Below are positions 61,701-64,000 of a DNA stretch of 64,000 nucleotides, one piece after another. The notes under the pieces were generated by a model. The model worked only from the letters and a program-made list of their open reading frames with translations, was not told the DNA's origin and ran no database searches. The stretch spans positions 1-64,000 of the forward strand of contig JAHEAD010000012.1 in the NCBI GenBank assembly GCA_019721075.1, given 5' to 3'. The DNA comes from Candidatus Sysuiplasma jiujiangense (GTDB lineage: Archaea; Thermoplasmatota; Thermoplasmata; Sysuiplasmatales; Sysuiplasmataceae). Both the position numbers and the translations under genes were made by a program. The stretch's first letter is position 1. Every line of letters begins with the position of its first letter.

Positions 61701-61899
61701 CAGGCATCTGATAGTCTGAAACAATTGCGTCAAACTCTTCCCTTCCCATTGCTTCAATAGCCTCATCAGGAGACGAAACTACTGTTACCTTGATGTCGAA
61801 CTGCAGTTCCATGAACTGTTTGAACGAATCACGCATTGCGAACTCGTCGTCAACGTAGAGGATATTAGGGGGTTTTCCAGCACTTTCTTCAATTCGCAT
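58789..61899 (-). CDS. Cytoplasmic hybrid sensor kinase REC-PAS-PAS-GAF-PAS-PAS-HisK-HATPase
   Basis: YVDDE, SDYQMP, FTGKGRE receiver; four PAS/PAC repeats; HDMMN, N-x-x-KHG, DDGRGI. Confidence 0.93.
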   Translation of the reverse strand: MRIEESAGKPPNILYVDDEFAMRDSFKQFMELQFDIKVTVVSSPDEAIEAMGREEFDAIVSDYQMPEVDGIQFLKELRKSSSIPFILFTGKGREEIVIEALNSGADYYMQKGGNPIALFAELHHYIILAVERKRREEQLALANERMESIIRNTSDAFAFFDLDGKIVSVNNAFEKIYGWSAEEAIGKGLLMVPPDCIDEAKGKFQELLTTRKTVSYIGRRMRKNGELFEMSMTITPVKNSKGEIVGIAGIGRDVTELTRALEINARQREELKVTIASIGDGVIATDTHGRITVINGIASKLTGYTEEEAIGRPVNEIFNIINEETRKKVSIPVEIVMLKGEIVGLANHTVLISKNGREYMIEDSAAPIKDQSGKISGIVMVFKDATEEKLTERRRRTRYAVSLALATEKSMEGAFKSIAENVCSQLNFQSGEIWLLSPEDGRIHLETRVPADKGSGSDHGETSVKADPESAAGLLITVYRTGKPLWISDLTADQPGVVVNEAKPADARSAFGVPLSNKGKVEGAMLFFSSSQLDADRNTLNTMEDIGKQIGLFIGRIRVEEELKTLLHNLESFIMNTPLVIIASKIDGTIVSVNNAFEATYGWKREEIVGKSVDCIVPPELRQDVKEKLKAVSSGSSFTYEAARLRKDGTRIYMRITASPVVDSKGRVISMSSIARDITKERLADAENRLNHEVMENLKEMVVISELNDINEPVVKYVNSAYVRTIGYSRNEVIGKTLWDLQGDAVDSASLNRMYASYISGTPYSGEVVSYGTDGKEIILDTNFFPMKNSTDGAVVWVLIQKDITDSALYRENLKKINDKLNLMETISRHDMMNHIQAIEAYTRMVVDSTVDKGLSERTDRIIGITERMRTQLQTLKELQFSGSPRWTDPKKTFMGCIESMDLGRIGVSTTGPDVEILADPLLERAFSNLIVNTTKHGGPVRSIALNVSVKDNYLLIVYSDDGRGIPDSMKESIFSGGMDRQPHGLKLVSDVLKITNISISEKGTQGKGAVFEFKVPSGSYRFIDLETEKRSGLEN

Positions 61900-62198
61900 T
61901 TATCAGCGAACTCCTTTCCTCGACTCCACCTTACCGACGAGAAGCGCGATGGGTTCTGCTCGGAATCGCATTATGTGACTTCTCTTTATCGACTTATAAT
62001 CCCTCTGTCATACTTATCACATCAGATAATTTCAGTCTTGCCCCTACCATAATCAATTTATCGACGCGTGCCACACCGAAATTCATCAGGTGACTGATTA
62101 CTTTTGTTTATCCGTGTCGGGTAGAGCGTAGACAAGGGTTGTATCTTCCCGGCTTCCATCTAATCCACTCCAGAGAGTAACAGATAAGATTAATGTAG

Positions 62199-63197
62199 TT
62201 GATGAAAAGTGTCATTATTATGAACGATTACGTTGCCGTTGACTTCGGCGTCGCGAAGGAGCTAAAACTCGTGGAGGATACCCTCAAGAAGAGCGTTAGA
62301 TCTGAAAGCCCTGCGCTGACCGAAATTGCAATGCATGTGATAGCCGCCGGCGGCAAACGGATCAGGCCCGCGATATGCATACTCGCGTACAAGGCGGTAG
62401 GCGGCGGAGACAGTAAACTGCACTCGGCAGTCGACGCTGCTGTGGCTGTGGAGCTCATTCACAGTGCAACTCTCATACATGACGACATAACTGATGAAGG
62501 AGAACAGAGGAGGGGAAAAGTCACAGCATACAGGAAGTATGGCGTTCACAATGCGCTGGTTGCAGGTGATTTCATGTTCGTACAAGGATTCAAGTATGGT
62601 CAATTTCTCAGCCCCGAATCCATTAGAATAGCGGCTGAAGCATATGAAAAACTTGCAGAAGGGGAAATGCTACAGGAGCAGTGGAGAAACAATCCATCGG
62701 TACCGATGAATGAGTACGTAAACATCATAAGCGGAAAGACTGCCTCTGTATTTTCAGCAAGTGCACAGCTAGGAGCTTTCCATGGTGGTGGAACTGATGA
62801 CGAAATTGAGGCACTGGGATACTTTGGTACCAACGTGGGAATTGCTTTTCAGATAATTGACGACATCCTGGACATAACATCAGATGCCGACACCCTTGGA
62901 AAGAGCGTCGGAAACGACATAAAAGAAGGGAATATGACATTGCCGCTGATACTGGCGATGAATAATGGCGTCGACAAAAAACTGCTTGCGGATGTCATAG
63001 CCAAGAAGAACAAACCCAGGGAACTCATTGAGAGTGCAATAGAGATGATAAGGGGAAGCGGATGTGTGCCGGAATCTCTCGGGATTGCAGAAAAGTATGC
63101 TAAATTGGCTAATGAAAGTCTGAAAAGACTAAAACCGTCTGCCCACAAGGATGCGTTAATAAAGCTCTCCGGTTCCATCATCAGCAGAGTGAGGTAG
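62199..63197 (+). CDS. trans-polyprenyl diphosphate synthase (medium/long chain)
   Basis: GGKRIRP, FARM LIHDDITD...RRG, KTA, SARM FQIIDDILD. Confidence 0.93.
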   Translation: MMKSVIIMNDYVAVDFGVAKELKLVEDTLKKSVRSESPALTEIAMHVIAAGGKRIRPAICILAYKAVGGGDSKLHSAVDAAVAVELIHSATLIHDDITDEGEQRRGKVTAYRKYGVHNALVAGDFMFVQGFKYGQFLSPESIRIAAEAYEKLAEGEMLQEQWRNNPSVPMNEYVNIISGKTASVFSASAQLGAFHGGGTDDEIEALGYFGTNVGIAFQIIDDILDITSDADTLGKSVGNDIKEGNMTLPLILAMNNGVDKKLLADVIAKKNKPRELIESAIEMIRGSGCVPESLGIAEKYAKLANESLKRLKPSAHKDALIKLSGSIISRVR

Positions 63198-63276
63198 ATC
63201 CCTTGGTTCTTCGATACAGGGTAATTTCTTTTCTAAATCATCCGTCCGACTTGAGCAATGCATAGGTGATGCTCAA

Positions 63277-64000
63277 ATGCGGAAATACGATGTTGTCGTT
63301 GTGGGAGCGGGTCCTGGAGGGAGTTCTGCAGCAGAGTATGCGGCAAGGAGCGGACTCAGTGTTTTATTCATCGACAGCAGAAGGGAGATAGGATGGCCTG
63401 TTCAGTGCGGGGAGTTTATGCCAAAAACAGAGGAGATTCACAGGCTCTTTTCCGAAGTGGACGAACCTTCTGAACTCTTCGATGTACCTGCACGGGTCGT
63501 ATCTAAGCCCACTTCAATAATACGGATGGTCTCTCCGGGCGGCAGAGACTATGACATAAATTTTTCAGGCTATTCTACAGAAAGAAGAGATTTTGACAAA
63601 TACCTTGCCGAAAAAGCTGTGAAGGCAGGCGCCGAATTGATGACAGACACAAAATTTCAGAAGTTTGACGGCCGAAACAGGGTGGTCACTTCCAGGGGGA
63701 CCTTTGAAGCAAAGGTCATCGTTGGAGCTGACGGTCCGTTTTCCACCGTGAGGAAGGAGATAGGGATTGAGTCACCGAAGCTGCTTTACCCTGCAATGTC
63801 AACAACGATGAACGGTGAGTTCGGGGACACTGTATACATGTACTTCGGCAATGCTGCTCCAGCCGGATATGCTTGGATTATTCCGAAAAATGGTGGAGCC
63901 AACGTTGGACTCGGAGCCGATCCTAACCTGACAAAAAGAAAGGTTGGTTTCTATGCAAGGGACTTTATCGAGGAGATAGGCAGAAAATTCAATACGAAAC
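63277..64000 (+). CDS. Geranylgeranyl reductase family FAD oxidoreductase (partial; runs off the window)
   Basis: YDVVVVGAGPGG, PVQCGE, GADG, PAGYAWIIPK, NVGLG. Confidence 0.9.
   Translation, partial: MRKYDVVVVGAGPGGSSAAEYAARSGLSVLFIDSRREIGWPVQCGEFMPKTEEIHRLFSEVDEPSELFDVPARVVSKPTSIIRMVSPGGRDYDINFSGYSTERRDFDKYLAEKAVKAGAELMTDTKFQKFDGRNRVVTSRGTFEAKVIVGADGPFSTVRKEIGIESPKLLYPAMSTTMNGEFGDTVYMYFGNAAPAGYAWIIPKNGGANVGLGADPNLTKRKVGFYARDFIEEIGRKFNTK

Noticed and set aside
1..64000. CRISPR array, rRNA or prophage
   Set aside because: No regularly spaced repeats, rRNA-like stretches or viral hallmark genes seen.

Overview
Archaeal chromosomal segment, most likely from an acidophilic aerobic Thermoplasmata lineage. 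This is inferred from GGTGA Shine-Dalgarno motifs, an archaeal KptA, a TRASH-domain cop locus, a SoxL/SoxN/SoxM-like respiratory chain, a geranylgeranyl reductase and Methanomicrobia-style hybrid kinases. Contents in order: folate/purine genes (purH, folD, metF) with kptA; a Cys-less thiolase-fold/DUF35/acyl-CoA dehydrogenase unit; a ~15 kb cytochrome-c-free respiratory supercluster (putative Cu-assembly membrane proteins, tatC/tatA, two-domain cupredoxin, membrane Fe-S protein, Rieske, cytochrome b, fused oxidase I+III, an unannotated 54-aa subunit, CuA subunit II, ctaB); a degenerate methylmalonyl-CoA mutase paralogue; tRNA-Leu(CAA); a cop locus; menA and a GNAT-acyl-CoA synthetase fusion. 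An accessory region at ~36-50 kb carries a tandem DoxX protein, an atypical cupredoxin, a sulfite/nitrite reductase, an ISA1214-like IS and an actinomycete-style C7-cyclitol operon (cupin + 2-epi-5-epi-valiolone-synthase-like cyclase + ValC/AcbM-like kinase). After it come a second A1 oxidase operon with a di-iron protein, flanked by two sensor kinases, a miniature IS605/tnpB remnant, and prenyl synthase/reductase genes. Top leads: (1) the archaeal pseudo-sugar (valiolone) operon; (2) two A1-type oxidases that both appear to have lost the K proton channel; (3) the atypical copper proteins; (4) a tnpB-deleted element retaining an omegaRNA-like scaffold. All family assignments come from motifs recognised by eye; no database search was run.
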